Positions 9,732 to 22,493 of a DNA stretch of 48,632 bases are shown piece after piece. Origin of the DNA: Polymyxa betae A26-41 (lineage: Eukaryota; Protista; Endomyxa: Phytomyxea); contig RBZT01000478.1 in NCBI GenBank assembly GCA_003693705.1, forward strand, positions 1-48,632, given 5' to 3'. Positions within the stretch are counted from its first letter, which is position 1; each line of letters opens with the position of its first letter. The notes beneath the pieces were generated by a model. It saw only the letters and a list, made by a program, of their open reading frames with translations, was not told the DNA's origin and searched no databases. A program made the position numbers and the translations under genes.

Positions 9732-11096
9732 TTAGTCGCGAACAATAAGCGTCAGAGGTGATGCTGAACCGACCTCGAGCATAGCCAGAGCACGCCGACC
9801 GCTCGATTCAAAATGCATGTTGCCGCTCTTACTATCGGTTTTGATCAGAAACGCCATGAACTCCAGCGGGAGCAGGACGCTGTACAGGCAGACGGCGAAA
9901 CATTCGTCGACGACCTCTTTAGAAGTATGGGCCAAACCGATCTCGTCCAGATACAGACGAAGCCATCGATCCATGTGTTCGCGTCGCAACTGGACATGGC
10001 ATCAACGAAGGCGAAACCCTAAACCCTGGCATCTTCCTCCACCTGTATTGGTACGCTGGTCCCGATGAAATAGCAGAGATCGAAGAAGATCGGGCGGACA
10101 CACGACGCCTGCCAATCGACCAGGCGGAACCGGCCGTCATCGGCCACGATAATGTTGCCGCAGTGCAGATCGCCATGGGCCATCACGGTCGGGAACCTGT
10201 GCAAGACCTGGGTTTGGATCTCGGGTAGTTCGGCGAGGCCGTATTCGATGAGGGGGCGCTGGGCTTCGACTTCGGCCGGATTGTATTGGCGGCTGGTCTG
10301 CTGCCAGATTTGTCCGATCACGAATTTCTGCAGCAATGACACAACGGGGCCAGCTGAACCATCCAATGCCAGCTGCCTCCATTCCGGGTCGTCCAGACCT
10401 GCCAGCAGCCTTCGTCAGCAAAACGAGCAACGACGGGGCGACGTCTTTCACCGATATGCAACGAATCACGATGGAATCGGGCCAGTTCGACGATGAACGC
10501 GTCGATCTGTTGAACGGAGTTGATACCGCTGGAAACGGACGGCCTCGTTCCATGAATGAACTCCATCAGCAGCAGATAGTGGCCCGTCCAGTGCACGCCG
10601 GTGTAGACAAGTTCCGGGCAGAGACGACCACGGCGAAGTCCGGCGATCTCATTCAGGTGTAAACCGTATACGATGGAGATGAAGGTCTCAGCGACGCCGC
10701 CAGGTGACGATTTGCAGATGAGATAACGTGTCTGGACCCGGTTAAGCCGGGGGACGCCTTCCGCACTATGAACAATATCAGCAGAGCCGAAAACCATCAG
10801 AGGCGGTTGCACTCGATGAATGAAATCTTGCGGATCGTCGACATCTTTCCGTCGCCCAAAGGCTCCTGACCGACGATGACAACGGCGCGTTTCAGGATCA
10901 TAGACAGCGATTGAGAAGTGATTTCGTCTATATGCAGGACGGGTGGTGCCAGCCAAGGCGGCAACAGATGCCGCCGACGTGCGACGCGGCAAACGGCCAC
11001 CACTGGACTGCTGAATCGAACATATCGAACGAACGAATGCAGTAAACAGATGATAACAAGGCGAGCGGCTGATATCACCGCCCCAATTGAGACCAT
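9732..11096 (-). CDS. APH/choline-kinase-like phosphotransferase, multi-exon
   Basis: HGDLHCGNII...RLVDWQ (Brenner motif), YLLLMEFI, LARFH and DLCYF across spliced ORFs. Confidence 0.78.
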
Positions 11097-11208
11097 TCTA
11101 GGCGTTGTCTAAGGAAGGCACGCGACAACCAATCTCTGAAGACACGCGCCAACCAATCCATTCCAGAACATCAATTTACAAACATTAAAGTTTTATACCG
11201 AACTGCAA

Positions 11209-13242
11209 TTAATCTTCGCCGTCCGAAACGACGGTCATAGTCACGCCGGGTGTTCGCGAGACGCTGGGAGCTTCGTTGGGGTCGGCCATGTCGTCATGCT
11301 CGAATTCGGCATTAGTTGGAATCTTTTCAACCATTTGTAGGACGCGCAGATTGAGCTCGTCGTTGACGTTGGCGTTGTTGTTCTGCACGGCTTGCTCGTC
11401 CTCGAACGTCGGGCGAACAAACCACGGCAGACGCCCGCGTTGCCAGTCGTGTAATACGGTTCGGGCGACGTTGTTGAAATCAGGTTCGCCGCCTTTGATG
11501 ATCTTACCTGTGACCACAATCAAAATCTCAAACAGCCATGGAAAGCGGCGAACCTCGGAGCCGAGCGAGTTTGTCGAGGAAATCGAAACCGTTCTGCCAA
11601 CTCGAGACCCCGTACGTTTTCTGAATGTACTCGGGTTTGCAACGACTCAGAACCTCATCGACGTACAGCGTTGGGTCCATCAAACTCTCAATACGAACGA
11701 TACCCTGAAGCGAGAACTTTCTTACAAAAATCGAGGACAGAAATGATCAAATTACCTTTAACACGATGTCCGTTTCCGAATCGGAACTCGGTGGAACCAC
11801 ACCAGGACAGTCGATTAAGAAAACTCGCTTAAATAACGTGATGTACTGCCAGACCTAAAAATGACAAAAAATCAGACGATTCTAATTCAATGACAAAGAA
11901 ACAGATAGTTAATAAACGATCAAAAATAATCCAAATGAAACCTCCAATGCAGCATTACCTTCGTCTCTCCAGGAATCGGCGCCACTTTGCACACATCCTT
12001 TGATTTCAGAGTATTGATGACCGAGCTCTTACCGACGTTCGGGTATCCGATAAACCCGACACTGATCTGACCGCAGAAAAAGCCTTCAGCATCGGACAAG
12101 ATTCGAGCAGAGAAAACTCAGACCTGTTTCTTATCTTTATGCAGGGTGGCAAACTGTCTCAGCAAAGAGATCAGCGCACCCTTCCCGAACGAATTCGTGA
12201 TCGATGAATGGAACGCCAAGGTCGGGTACGACGCCGACAGGATCTTGACCCATCGTTTGGTGGCCCAGGTCGGGATCAGGTCGCATTTGTTCAGGATGAA
12301 GACCAGATGCTTATGGGCGGCGTTCTTCCTCAGATGCGCCTCGACCTGCGGCGAACGAGTCCCTGAAACACGCCCCGCATCAATAACGCCAAACGTAACC
12401 GAAGCGAACGTTACCAATGGGATCACGAGCGTCCAGGACCTGAATGACGACATCACTGGAATCGAGAACCTTGTAGAGCTCGCCCCAGATCCGCTTCGAT
12501 TGGCCTTTATCGAACATCTTGTGCCGGACGGCATCACGGAACTCGAGTTCGGCTATCCAGATTCAGCAGGGAATGCTAGCCCCCAAATGCGGTTATGTTA
12601 CCATGTGGGTCGTAGATCTGGGTATCGTTACTCTGTGTCTCCAGGTACTTCTTCTCGCTCTCGGCGGCCTTCTCGGCTAACGCCGCCATATCGAAGTGCC
12701 CCAGTTTGACGCGTTTCCGGGTCCGTTTCCCGCCGAACGTCGACTCGAACGATTCGGTTGCCAGAAGATCGACTTTGGCATTGCCGAATCGATCTTGGAG
12801 AAGGCCCATCGGCAGCTTTTTCTGATGCAGAATGACGGTGTAAGGGTCGTGGGCTTTATCAGCCATATCTTGACGAAAGGCTGCCAGCTGGTCCTGGCCG
12901 ACGACACGAGTGTTCCCGAACCATCGACGATTTGGGGCGATTCGAGCGACCGACGCTTCCTAGGACGATCTTCAGCAATTTCATACGGCGAAAGCCTCAA
13001 TCATCAAACCTTGCTCATGTATTTGCCACCAATCACCTTCCCGTCTTTGTTACGAATTGCTTTTTCATCATACATGGCTAATCTGATGAGATCGTTAGAG
13101 CCGCTGATAGCATCACAGCTAAGATAAGGGACCTTCGAATCGTCTCGTTTGAGCGAAGACCTGCAGGACCTCGGCCCGTCTTCCGAGCATCTGGCGCCTG
13201 CCGGTAAGCATTGGCGATGTGCTCGCGACGAGTGCTTCCCAT
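11209..13242 (-). CDS. NOG2: Nucleolar GTPase NOG2/GNL2, multi-exon
   Basis: [104 protein letters not shown]. Confidence 0.95.
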
Positions 13243-13446
13243 CCCGGGCAATTCTTACAGAAAAATCCAGCAAAAGCAAGCGGGTCTCTAATCAACGACA
13301 GACTCCGTAGCGGACTTGACTTTTTTTGAGAAATTCCTTGGATTTTGCGAAAAATCATCACCGAACTGCTAAGTAGATCGTATAGAGTCCAATTAATCGG
13401 AGAGCATGAGGAAATGTAAAAAAGTGAAATATCTTAATAGATTAAG

Positions 13447-16400
13447 TCAGCGGCATCCTGGCCTTGATGATTTCGCAGTCTGTTTATACACGCCGTCGAC
13501 GCATTCCAGTTTTCCCTCACGGATCAGCTGCTCGAGGAAATCGTGTAGTTCGCCCTCCGAGCGATTGTAATACGAGGACCCAGAAACCAACGCAGACCGC
13601 AATATCGCATCGATACGCTGTAATGTGAGCCTATTGAGAAAGAGTTTTATAGCATGAAACTGAATGCAGAACAATAAACCCACCCTCCAAACGAGCTGGG
13701 AAGAATCCCCAATATGTAAGACTCAAGAAGCTTAGCCGATTCTCGTTGTTGCTAAAAGAATTTCAGAACCGTTAATAAACTGCGGTTAAATGCAGCACCG
13801 TTTCAGAAGAGAAAGCTTTTTCACCCTCTTCATCAGAATCGTGATAGCAAACGACATTAGACGGGCCCGAAGAAGACTGATTCGCAAATTCTGCCACCGA
13901 ATAATTTCCTGAGTCAGTGACGAACACGACTCCTTTAGAGATCCAGAATTCAAGTTTCCGTCGAACCAATGGAGCAGGGATTCGTGTTTGATCGCTGATT
14001 TCCTGTAACGATAACTCTCTATTCGGATCGAGGTCGGCAAATGCAAATAAAATTGCTGCATGGATTGGTGATACATCAGTCATTGTAAGCCGGCGCCCGT
14101 CTTGGAATGTCAAAGTCAGATCGGCGCCGCCGATATTTGTCTATCAAACATTCCGCTGAAGACTCGATATAAAGGTGACGCAGGAATACCTTGAAATTCA
14201 GCTCACGCGGGGCTTTCAGAACCTCATAATGCCGATTGTATTCTTCCAAGCAAGACCGAATTGCGTTCGGTAAGACCACATTCACATCGCCATCGACGTC
14301 GTTGAATGGAGGCCAAACCTCTTTCGATACGATCGTACAAGAAAGCGGAAACTTAACAAAACGTTAAATGCAGCAAATTATGACGCACGACTGCAAACCT
14401 TTTTTCGATTGATCGTTTTGCGAATATTCACATCGATTCGCTTGGACATGGCGATATCGGCGACCATGACATCCGCTTGACGAAACTTCGTATCACCGAA
14501 TCGTTGCTTAAGCAATTCTGGGAAAACCAAAGCTGTTACAAAACTGCATAGAGCGAAACTGAATGAGATACCGAGATGATGAACTTCTTTATCAGTGATG
14601 TAATCGGTGCAGCGCATTAATCGGGCAGCCAGAACGTGCCGATATTCATCCATCAGCTGGTCCGTATTACCGAATATGTGCACGAGTTGAGTCAGTACGT
14701 TTCCTGATCGACGTAGCCACCATGACGAGCCTGGTCGTGCTGCCTCAACTCTTTCACTACACCCGTAACCCGTCAGCATAACGATTTGCAGAATCATAAA
14801 AAAAGGTACCCGTATGCGACTGTCGGTTCTGGGCGCCAGTCTTCACCTTCGACCTCTTCATCTTCGTAATTGCTGGGACCGAAATCCGCATACAATAGGG
14901 GCTCATTGGCAGCCATGGGCCGCTCTAGTTCTGCTAGCAAACCATACGGCTCGGAATCGTCAATGAGAGCATTAATGACCACCTTGACAGCATCCGATCG
15001 CGTTCTAAAGGGATGTCAATCAACCAAACTTAGAAATAAAGAACACGAAAAGAGAGTTAACGACTGAGATAGGCGCAAATCGGATCGACGACATTATGCA
15101 CAAAGAAACCCAGAAGGTTTAATCAACCAAACTTAGAGATATAGGACACGAAAAAAGAGTTAACAAGCCGTATGGCCAGGATCCACCTGAGATAGGCACA
15201 AATCGGATCGACGACATTATGCACAAGTAACCCAGAAGGGTCCAAGATTCGCATGACACGAAAACAGGCGATATACTGGATCACGATATCCCTGGTCATC
15301 GCCCCAGCATGCAACAAGCGCTTCTCAAAGGCGCTGATGAGCGACCTGAAGGCATTCATCAGCAAGCTTTGTATGGCAGCCTGAGGGTTACAAACTTGAT
15401 CAACAGCGATTGCTGATCTGTTCGCGTTAAGCATTCAGCTAAATCGGTGACCGCTCCGATCGACTCAGGGTAATCCACAATGATATCGAACATTTCCCGA
15501 ATTCGAATTTCTCCTACACTTCAAAACATGAGCTCTGATACAAAAGGGAATCGAAGCTGAAACGAAAGTTTGCATCCGCAAAAAAAATCTCAATATGCTG
15601 ATTATCCCAAAACAAGTGAAGTTCAAAGAGAGATTCTGAACAGAAAGGAGAAACGAACACTCTTGACTTTGGCGTACCTTTCATAGAGGAAGTACTTCAG
15701 ACGCGACAGATACTGCGAAAAATCGTCGGAAGCAAACAATGACGCAATCCAAGACTGTATTGACGTCTCGAACCATTCCAACAACGATGGTAATGCTGAA
15801 AATAAATTAGCGATTCCAAAACGAACACAACGCCATAGATTGCCTGCAGATCCGTAACGACCAGAGCAAGCGTCTTTGACGTTTTGCTGAATCTGATTCA
15901 ATAGCGCAGTGGTATATCCGAATTCGAATACGGGCAACCAACCGAGAGCACGAAGCTGAGAGCAACCATCGTCAATTCAGAATCACGACGAGGATAAGCT
16001 GCGATACTTCTGGAGAGATTTGCGAAAGAAAGTGTTCAAGATGATGGGATCCCGGGGCGCTGATGGTATCTTGGCTTCGAGAATGATCCCAGATACGGAA
16101 CTGTAATGTGAAAAAGTTGACGACTATTTCATGAAACCTGTAATTTATAAAATCAGAAAACAGGATTGAAGGATTTACGAGATACCAGTCTGGTTTCGAA
16201 GAGAAGTAAATAGCTTGAGACATTTGTTGAAATTCGACAGAATCACGACTGGAATCGATGGCAGCTGATTTCGAGAAAAGCTAAACGTATCGATGAGGAC
16301 GACGTTTTTTTTTATGAAAAATGCAAAGTCAACTTCATGGTATTGGCAGAGACTTTGGCGAAGCGCCATCAGCTTCCGATACGATTCGTGAATGGCGAAG

Positions 16401-16853
16401 TAAAAGACGTCACAGATGTGATTGGCGTCGGAACATGAGGTTAGCGACTCCAGTGGTTCCCAGAAGCATCGTCGTGCGACGACAACAATTTGCTCACGAC
16501 ATTTTTCTGCAAAAAAGATGAATAAATATCCATCAAGAACTCGCATTAAGAGCATTAGAAGCTTTTGTAGATGAAAGATGTGGAAATTGAAGTGAGTTCA
16601 GAAACGTACAGTACAACAAGACATAGAAAGTGATGAAAGCTAGGCTGAAGAATCTCCATAATGATAAGAAACTTCAGTGAACAAAACATTTCTAAAGTCG
16701 CTACGAACCGAGATGCCAGGAGAGAAAAACTCGAGCCTGGCCATGGTCGGCCAAGATTCGGGCATAGAGCAGTGCATGATCCGATTGAACGCCTAATTCG
16801 GCCAGCTCAACGAACGCCGCCGAGACCTGCTCCACGGCGACCGCCGCCGACAT
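13447..16853 (-). CDS. APC2: Anaphase-promoting complex subunit 2 (cullin-like), multi-exon; start approximate
   Basis: RLLHAGAMTRDIVIQYIACFRVMRILDPSG, WRPEP, EYRHVLAARL, ELLKQRFG...VMVADI..SKRI, and a C-terminal winged helix (EGKLECVDGVYK). Confidence 0.9.
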
Positions 16854-17901
16854 CGTCGACCGCTTCCTATTGCTATTAGTGCAATGAACTCGAACAGAGG
16901 GACCGAGCAGTAGCAATTTTCAGCAACTTTCCAGTTCGTCGACCCCTTTGGATAATGTTACAGTTGCGACTGGCTTGAACGAAAATCTGCGATTTTGAAA
17001 TTTTGCCGTTTGCTTACTTTTTACGACAGTAACAACAGGAATGTCCACTTGGTATCGTTACGGATATATTGCTGGATGCTCAATTTTTTCGATTTGGTTT
17101 TTTGCGAGCAATTTATCGATTCTTTTTTTGAATTTGTACAGTTTAATAACACGATCGATCAAATGTTTCTCATTAGAGCAGATCTCGAACCTAGTGACGA
17201 GAAAGGCGCTAAAACTACTCGCTCTCAGCGCGTATCTGACACGCTACGTTAGTGGTTATTTGTCTGCGTTTGTCTGCGATAACAATAAGACGTCGTATCC
17301 TGAGTTTCAGTAGAGATTTCCAAAGAGCGTGGCGAAAATGATATTGATCCATTCATGGAGATTTTGAATCTGGGCACTATCAGCCCGGAAATGTTGCTTC
17401 TCTCGAAACCTTGGATGACGCGAGGTCGTTTCTGGAAGCGCCTAAGATGTCTGGGAAGGGATCTGAATTGTATCTACCTATTTTAGCTGATTAACAATCT
17501 GATATTCGAAAAGCGAGACAAATTAAATTAGACGGTAAGTATCAATATTGATAGGGGCATTTCTCAGCAAATATTTCGCCCTGCATCATTATCACCCGTA
17601 TTAAAAATGCCTTGTGTCGTGCAAAAACAATTTGTTTCAGAAATCTCAATGATTAACCTGATACAGTATGGAATGGGATCGCCAAGAAAGTAGAGCACGG
17701 TTACACGGCCGCATAGTGACTTCAGCATCTGACGTTCCTGGCAAGTTCCAAAACTATCGCAAATACATCCGTATTTTCTACGACCGCTGCGCTGACATTG
17801 TCGTCGTCGCGAGCTCGGGGATGCTATTAGGGCAATGAGCTCGACGAGAGAGACAGAACGAGTCGCAACTTTCAACACTATGACACTTATCACTGTATTT
17901 C

Positions 17902-18075
17902 AAACCCTAACCCTAACTCAAACCCACAATTCACAGCACCAATTTCTCCATTAAATTCAATCTTGTAAGAAATTTGGACTATGCTCAAGCTTACACCATC
18001 AAACTTGTAAGAGGTCTGGACCTATATGCTCAGGATTACACGATTGTGATGATCATGTAGTTGGGGTTAGGGTTT
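17902..18075. repeat. 174-bp MITE-like segment with 17-bp telomeric inverted termini
   Basis: AAACCCTAACCCTAACT (17902-17918) vs AGTTGGGGTTAGGGTTT (18059-18075), 16/17 match. Internal imperfect direct repeat (cttgtaaga..tggac..tatgctca..ttacac). No TSD seen. Confidence 0.5.
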
Positions 18076-18123
18076 AGATCCTTAGAGACAGCTGATAAGT
18101 CCGAGCCGTCTTGCCATTGACAA

Positions 18124-19833
18124 ATGGGTTATCGGGAGGACGGCGAGATTCGCGACGCACGCCGCCGCCGTCCGGATCGTCACCGTAGCCGCAGTCGCAG
18201 CCGGTCCCGGCGCCGGCGCCGCACACGAAGCCCCCGCCGCCCCCGCTACGACGACGCCCGACGCCGCGAGCGCCGACGGTCGCCGGACCCGCCCCGAAAG
18301 GTCGAAGAGGTGAAGCTGGTGGCACCCCACGACCCCAAACCACCCCAGCCCCCTCTCACCACCGTCGTCGAAGTCGCTGTCGACAATGACGACCGCAGCG
18401 AAGAACTCGACGAGCAGACCTACGCCGAGCGCGTCGAGCAGCAGCTGCAGAACATTCTCGGCGCCGACCAGGACGCCAACCTCGAAGCCGAGCTGCAACG
18501 CCGCCGAGACCGCCGCCGCGCTATGCTCGAGGCGATGACAACGACGACGAATAATGACGTTCACGAAACGAACGGCGTCGTCGAAGAGACGAACGTCGTC
18601 ATCGAAGAGACGAACGTCGTCATCGAAGAGACGAACGTCGTCATCGAAGAGACGAACGTCGTCGAAACGGAACCAGCTGTCGACGAAGACGTCAAGTCGC
18701 CGCCCTCCGACGACGACGTCGACATTTTCGGCGATTCGCCGATCGCCGCCGTCGCCCTCACCGATCGCGTCGCCGTCAGCGCCGCCGTCGACAACAAACA
18801 CCTCACCGACAACTGGGACGACGCCGAAGGCTACTACAGCTTTCGTCTGGGCGACGCCCTGAACGAGGGCCGGTACGAGGTGTTCGCGTTCCAAGGCCGC
18901 GGTGTGTTCAGCACGGTCTTACGGGTCCGAGATCGTCAGGCCGGGAATCGCGAGCTCGTCGTGAAGGTGATTCGGCAGAACGACGTCATGTACAAGGCCG
19001 GGCTGAAGGAGGTTCAGCTGCTGAAGGTGCTGGGCGCCTCCGACCCCGATAATCATCGCCATTGCGTCCGCCTCTACAGCCATTTCGAGCATCGCGGCCA
19101 TCTCTGCCTCGTGTTCGAGCCGCTCCATCTCAACCTGCGCGAAGTCCTCAAGAAGTACGGCGGCGTCGGCATCAACATCGACGGCGTCCGCAGCTACGCC
19201 CGCCAGCTGTTCGTCGCCCTGCGTCTGCTGAACAAATGCGAGATCGTTCACGCCGATATCAAGCCCGACAACATTCTCGTGAACGCCGCCAAGAACGTCC
19301 TGAAGCTGTGCGATTTCGGGTCGGCCGGCATGATCACCGATTGCGACATCACGCCGTACCTGGTCAGCCGATTCTATCGGGCGCCGGAGATCATCCTCGG
19401 GCTGCCGTACGGGCCCCCGATCGATGTCTGGTCGGTCGGCTGCGTCCTGTTCGAGCTGTATACGGGACAGATTTTGTTCAAGGGCGCCGATAACAACGAG
19501 ATGCTGCTGAGGATGATGGAGCTGCGCGGGCGGTTCCCGCCGCGCTTGCTGCGGAAGGCGACGTTCGCCGCGCAGCATTTCGACGAGGAGTTCCTGTTCG
19601 AGCGGCGCCGGGCCGATAAGGTGAGCGGCGGCGAGCTGAAGACGAAGATGCGCATTGAGCGGCCGATTCGCGACCTGCAGACGCTGCTGAGGCAATCGGC
19701 CGGGCGTCTGACCGATGCCGAGATGAAGTCGTTATCGCAGCTGAGAGATCTGTTAGAGAAATGTCTGATACTGGATCCGGCAAAGAGAATCACGCCGGAG
19801 CTGGCGCGATCGCATCCGTTCTTGCAGCAATGA
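18124..19833 (+). CDS. PRP4K: Serine/threonine kinase PRP4 (PRPF4B), intronless
   Basis: RS-rich N-terminus, LTDNWDDAEGYY, GRGVFSTV, HADIKPDNILV, KLCDFGSA, ITPYLVSRFYRAPEIILG. Confidence 0.96.
   Translation: MGYREDGEIRDARRRRPDRHRSRSRSRSRRRRRTRSPRRPRYDDARRRERRRSPDPPRKVEEVKLVAPHDPKPPQPPLTTVVEVAVDNDDRSEELDEQTYAERVEQQLQNILGADQDANLEAELQRRRDRRRAMLEAMTTTTNNDVHETNGVVEETNVVIEETNVVIEETNVVIEETNVVETEPAVDEDVKSPPSDDDVDIFGDSPIAAVALTDRVAVSAAVDNKHLTDNWDDAEGYYSFRLGDALNEGRYEVFAFQGRGVFSTVLRVRDRQAGNRELVVKVIRQNDVMYKAGLKEVQLLKVLGASDPDNHRHCVRLYSHFEHRGHLCLVFEPLHLNLREVLKKYGGVGINIDGVRSYARQLFVALRLLNKCEIVHADIKPDNILVNAAKNVLKLCDFGSAGMITDCDITPYLVSRFYRAPEIILGLPYGPPIDVWSVGCVLFELYTGQILFKGADNNEMLLRMMELRGRFPPRLLRKATFAAQHFDEEFLFERRRADKVSGGELKTKMRIERPIRDLQTLLRQSAGRLTDAEMKSLSQLRDLLEKCLILDPAKRITPELARSHPFLQQ
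18583..18663 (+). repeat. 21-bp coding tandem repeat (EETNVVI) x about 3.9 in PRP4K
   Basis: gaagagacgaacgtcgtcatc repeated. Confidence 0.9.
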
Positions 19834-19859
19834 TGTACTTATATTATTATCTACAAACC

Positions 19860-22197
19860 CTAAAACCCTAGGTCGGGCAGATCGATCCGAATTCGCACCG
19901 TTCGTTTGTTGTTGACGACAGGTTCTGGCTGGTCGAGGCAATCGGCGAGGTTTCGAACGCCGAACATCGACGTCGTCTTCGAGATGGTCAGAAGCTGATT
20001 CAGATCGGGCGACGTTCGCTTCAGGAACGGCTCGCTGGCGCTCGGACGCAACGCCGGCGGGCGGCGGCGGCGTTGCCCTTCCGGACATTCCAATTTCGTG
20101 CATTTTATGGCGTTGGGGAGATCGATCGGCGGCAGCTCGACGCCGGGCGGCGTCGAGCGGAACGACGGCGCGATCGCCAGGCGTAATCGCGTCCTGGGCT
20201 TGGCGACGATCGGCGCCCACAGGCGCCACGACGCCGCTCCCGCGCTTGATAACGCCCCGAGAAACGCGCCTTCGGTCGAATAGAACTCGATCACATGCCG
20301 CGAGAGCGCCGCGACCACCACCTGGTCGTGCTGGACCACGGCCGTCAGTTGACGGACGGGCGCCGTGCGCAGTGCGATTCGGCCAAGGCGACGATAGGGC
20401 GGCGCCAGCTGGACTGCGTCGATCGTGCCGGTGACGGCGACGAATGCGGTCGCGATCGTCGCCGAATACGCGATAGCTGCCGCCTTCACGAGCTTGCCGT
20501 TCGAGAGCGACTCGGTCGCGAACCTTGGCGGCGCCGTCTGGCCGCCGAGCGACCAGACGCCGACCACGCCGATGGCGTCGACGCTGACGAGGACGTCGAG
20601 ATCCGCGACGATCTCGGCGGCGACGATCGCGTGGCCTTGAGGCAGGGCAAAGTCCGCCCGGCGCTCGGCGCCGTCCAGGACGGCGCCGTGGCCGCCGGCC
20701 GACACCATCACGGCCCGCATCCGGTCGGCGACGATGGCGGCGGAGAATGCCGCGATCGGCATCGACAGCGCAAAGCGCTGCCTGCGGACGCCGTCACGGC
20801 CGAGCGCGTGCTCCAGGACGCACAGCGACAGACGCCCCAGCGACATCGAATACAGCAGGTCGCGATCCAGTACGACGCGCAGGGCGCGGACCGCGGCGTG
20901 GTGATGCTGGCCCGGGAGCCGATGCAGGAGACGGCCGTGATCGATATCGATCAGGTAGACGAAGCCGAGGTCGTCGCCGACGAAGGCGCTGGATGGGGTC
21001 AGGAGCGCGGCGGCTGTGATGTTGCTGGCGCAGAGATCCGGAGAGCGTGATACGAGCTGCCCCTGCAGGACGCTCCAGACGACGAGGCGTCGACCAAGGC
21101 CCAGCACGATCCGATCCGATTCCACGCAGAAGAGGGCGGCGCCGATCGGCGGCGACGGAAGCGTGCTGGGGCGCCAGTCGCGATCACTGTCGCACGACGG
21201 CGTGTAGACCGGCGCCGTCGTACTGGCCCCGATGGCGATCAGGCGATCGCCGAGGCTGGCGATCTTCCCGTCCGAGACCGGCGTCAGCATCGACTGGACG
21301 ACGGCGAACCTGCGGCAGTCCCAGATCTTGAGAATCCTGTCGCCGGCGGCAGGTGAGCAAAACCCTAGGAACCCTAGAACCCTAAAACCCTTACCCCTCT
21401 CGATCCAGGCTGGCCAGATAATAAGGGGGCGTCCGCCCCGGGAATCGGCACGAGACGATCGGGGCGGCGTGCGCCGCATCGATCGCCTTCACTGCGGCGC
21501 TGCCATCCGACGTCCACAACGACAGGCGCCCATCGTCGTCGCCGCACGCCACGATCCTCGATCGGGGCCAGTACGCCACGCTTCGGGCCGCTTTCGTGAT
21601 CATCGCCGTCTGCGCGAACCGCTCCACGTCCCAGATGCGAACGGTGCCGTCGGACGCCGCGCTCGCCACCGCCGCCGTCGTCGTACCCGCCCCGCCGCCC
21701 AGGGCAATCAGTTCGTGCAGGCGACGGCCTCCGTGCCCATCGTACTGGCCCAGGCGTGGCTGTTTCTGCTGGAGGGCGTAGACGGCGATCCGACCCGAGG
21801 CCGAGCCGGCGATCAAACGCGTCCGGATCGTGCAGAGGCAGGTCGTGAGCGACGGCGTCCGAATGTGGCGGACCTGTCGCAGCGGACCAGTACAGCGGCT
21901 GTCGAAGGCGTCGCGCCAGGTCTGGATGCCGGCCGCGGAGGCGGTTACCAGGTCGCCCAGGTCGTCGAGGTCGGTGGTCGCGAGCGCCGTGATTTGTTTC
22001 GCGCTGATCGCGGACGCCTTCGTCATTATGGAGCGCGCGTTGTAAAGGCGCACGACGGATGGTTTGCTGTCGTAGACGAGGAGGGCGTCGGCGGCGGCGT
22101 TCGTCAGCGCCAGCTTAGTCGATGGAGCGCTGCCCAGAGAGCCGACCTGTAACGACGTCGTGGAACGATACGGCTGCTCGAGGGTGCCATTCGCCAT
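19860..22197 (-). CDS. WD40-repeat protein; intron 21337-21394
   Basis: SAASDGTVRIWD, CGDDDGRLSLW and ASLDREG|ILKIWD joined by an in-frame GT-AG intron. Confidence 0.8.
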
Positions 22198-22493
22198 GAT
22201 CGCATTCAGTGCGATGCTCGGCTGATCGGTTCAGCGACCTCTCACGAGGTTCATGATCATCTCGGCGAGTTTCCGGGATATTTTCCGGTATTCACTGGAT
22301 GATGAGATAGATTCCCGAGAAGATATTTCTGATCTGAATCTGGAACAGCCGAACCACGAAAGTTTTCAATAAAAAAAAGTTTCTTGTCCTTGAAATCCGT
22401 CATTATCGTATTCAATAGAACATGGTTTCAAGGGCGCCTGCAATTCTCGGAGAACTTTTTGTCGATATTTTGAATGGCTCTATTGATCGTAAA

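Noticed and set aside
16995-17893. Short ORFs between APC2 and PRP4K
   Set aside because: One or two small spliced genes may exist, but I could not assemble a credible model or recognise a family.
18082-22152. Long antisense or alternative-frame ORFs over PRP4K and the WD40 gene
   Set aside because: Expected shadows of GC-rich coding sequence with few stop codons.
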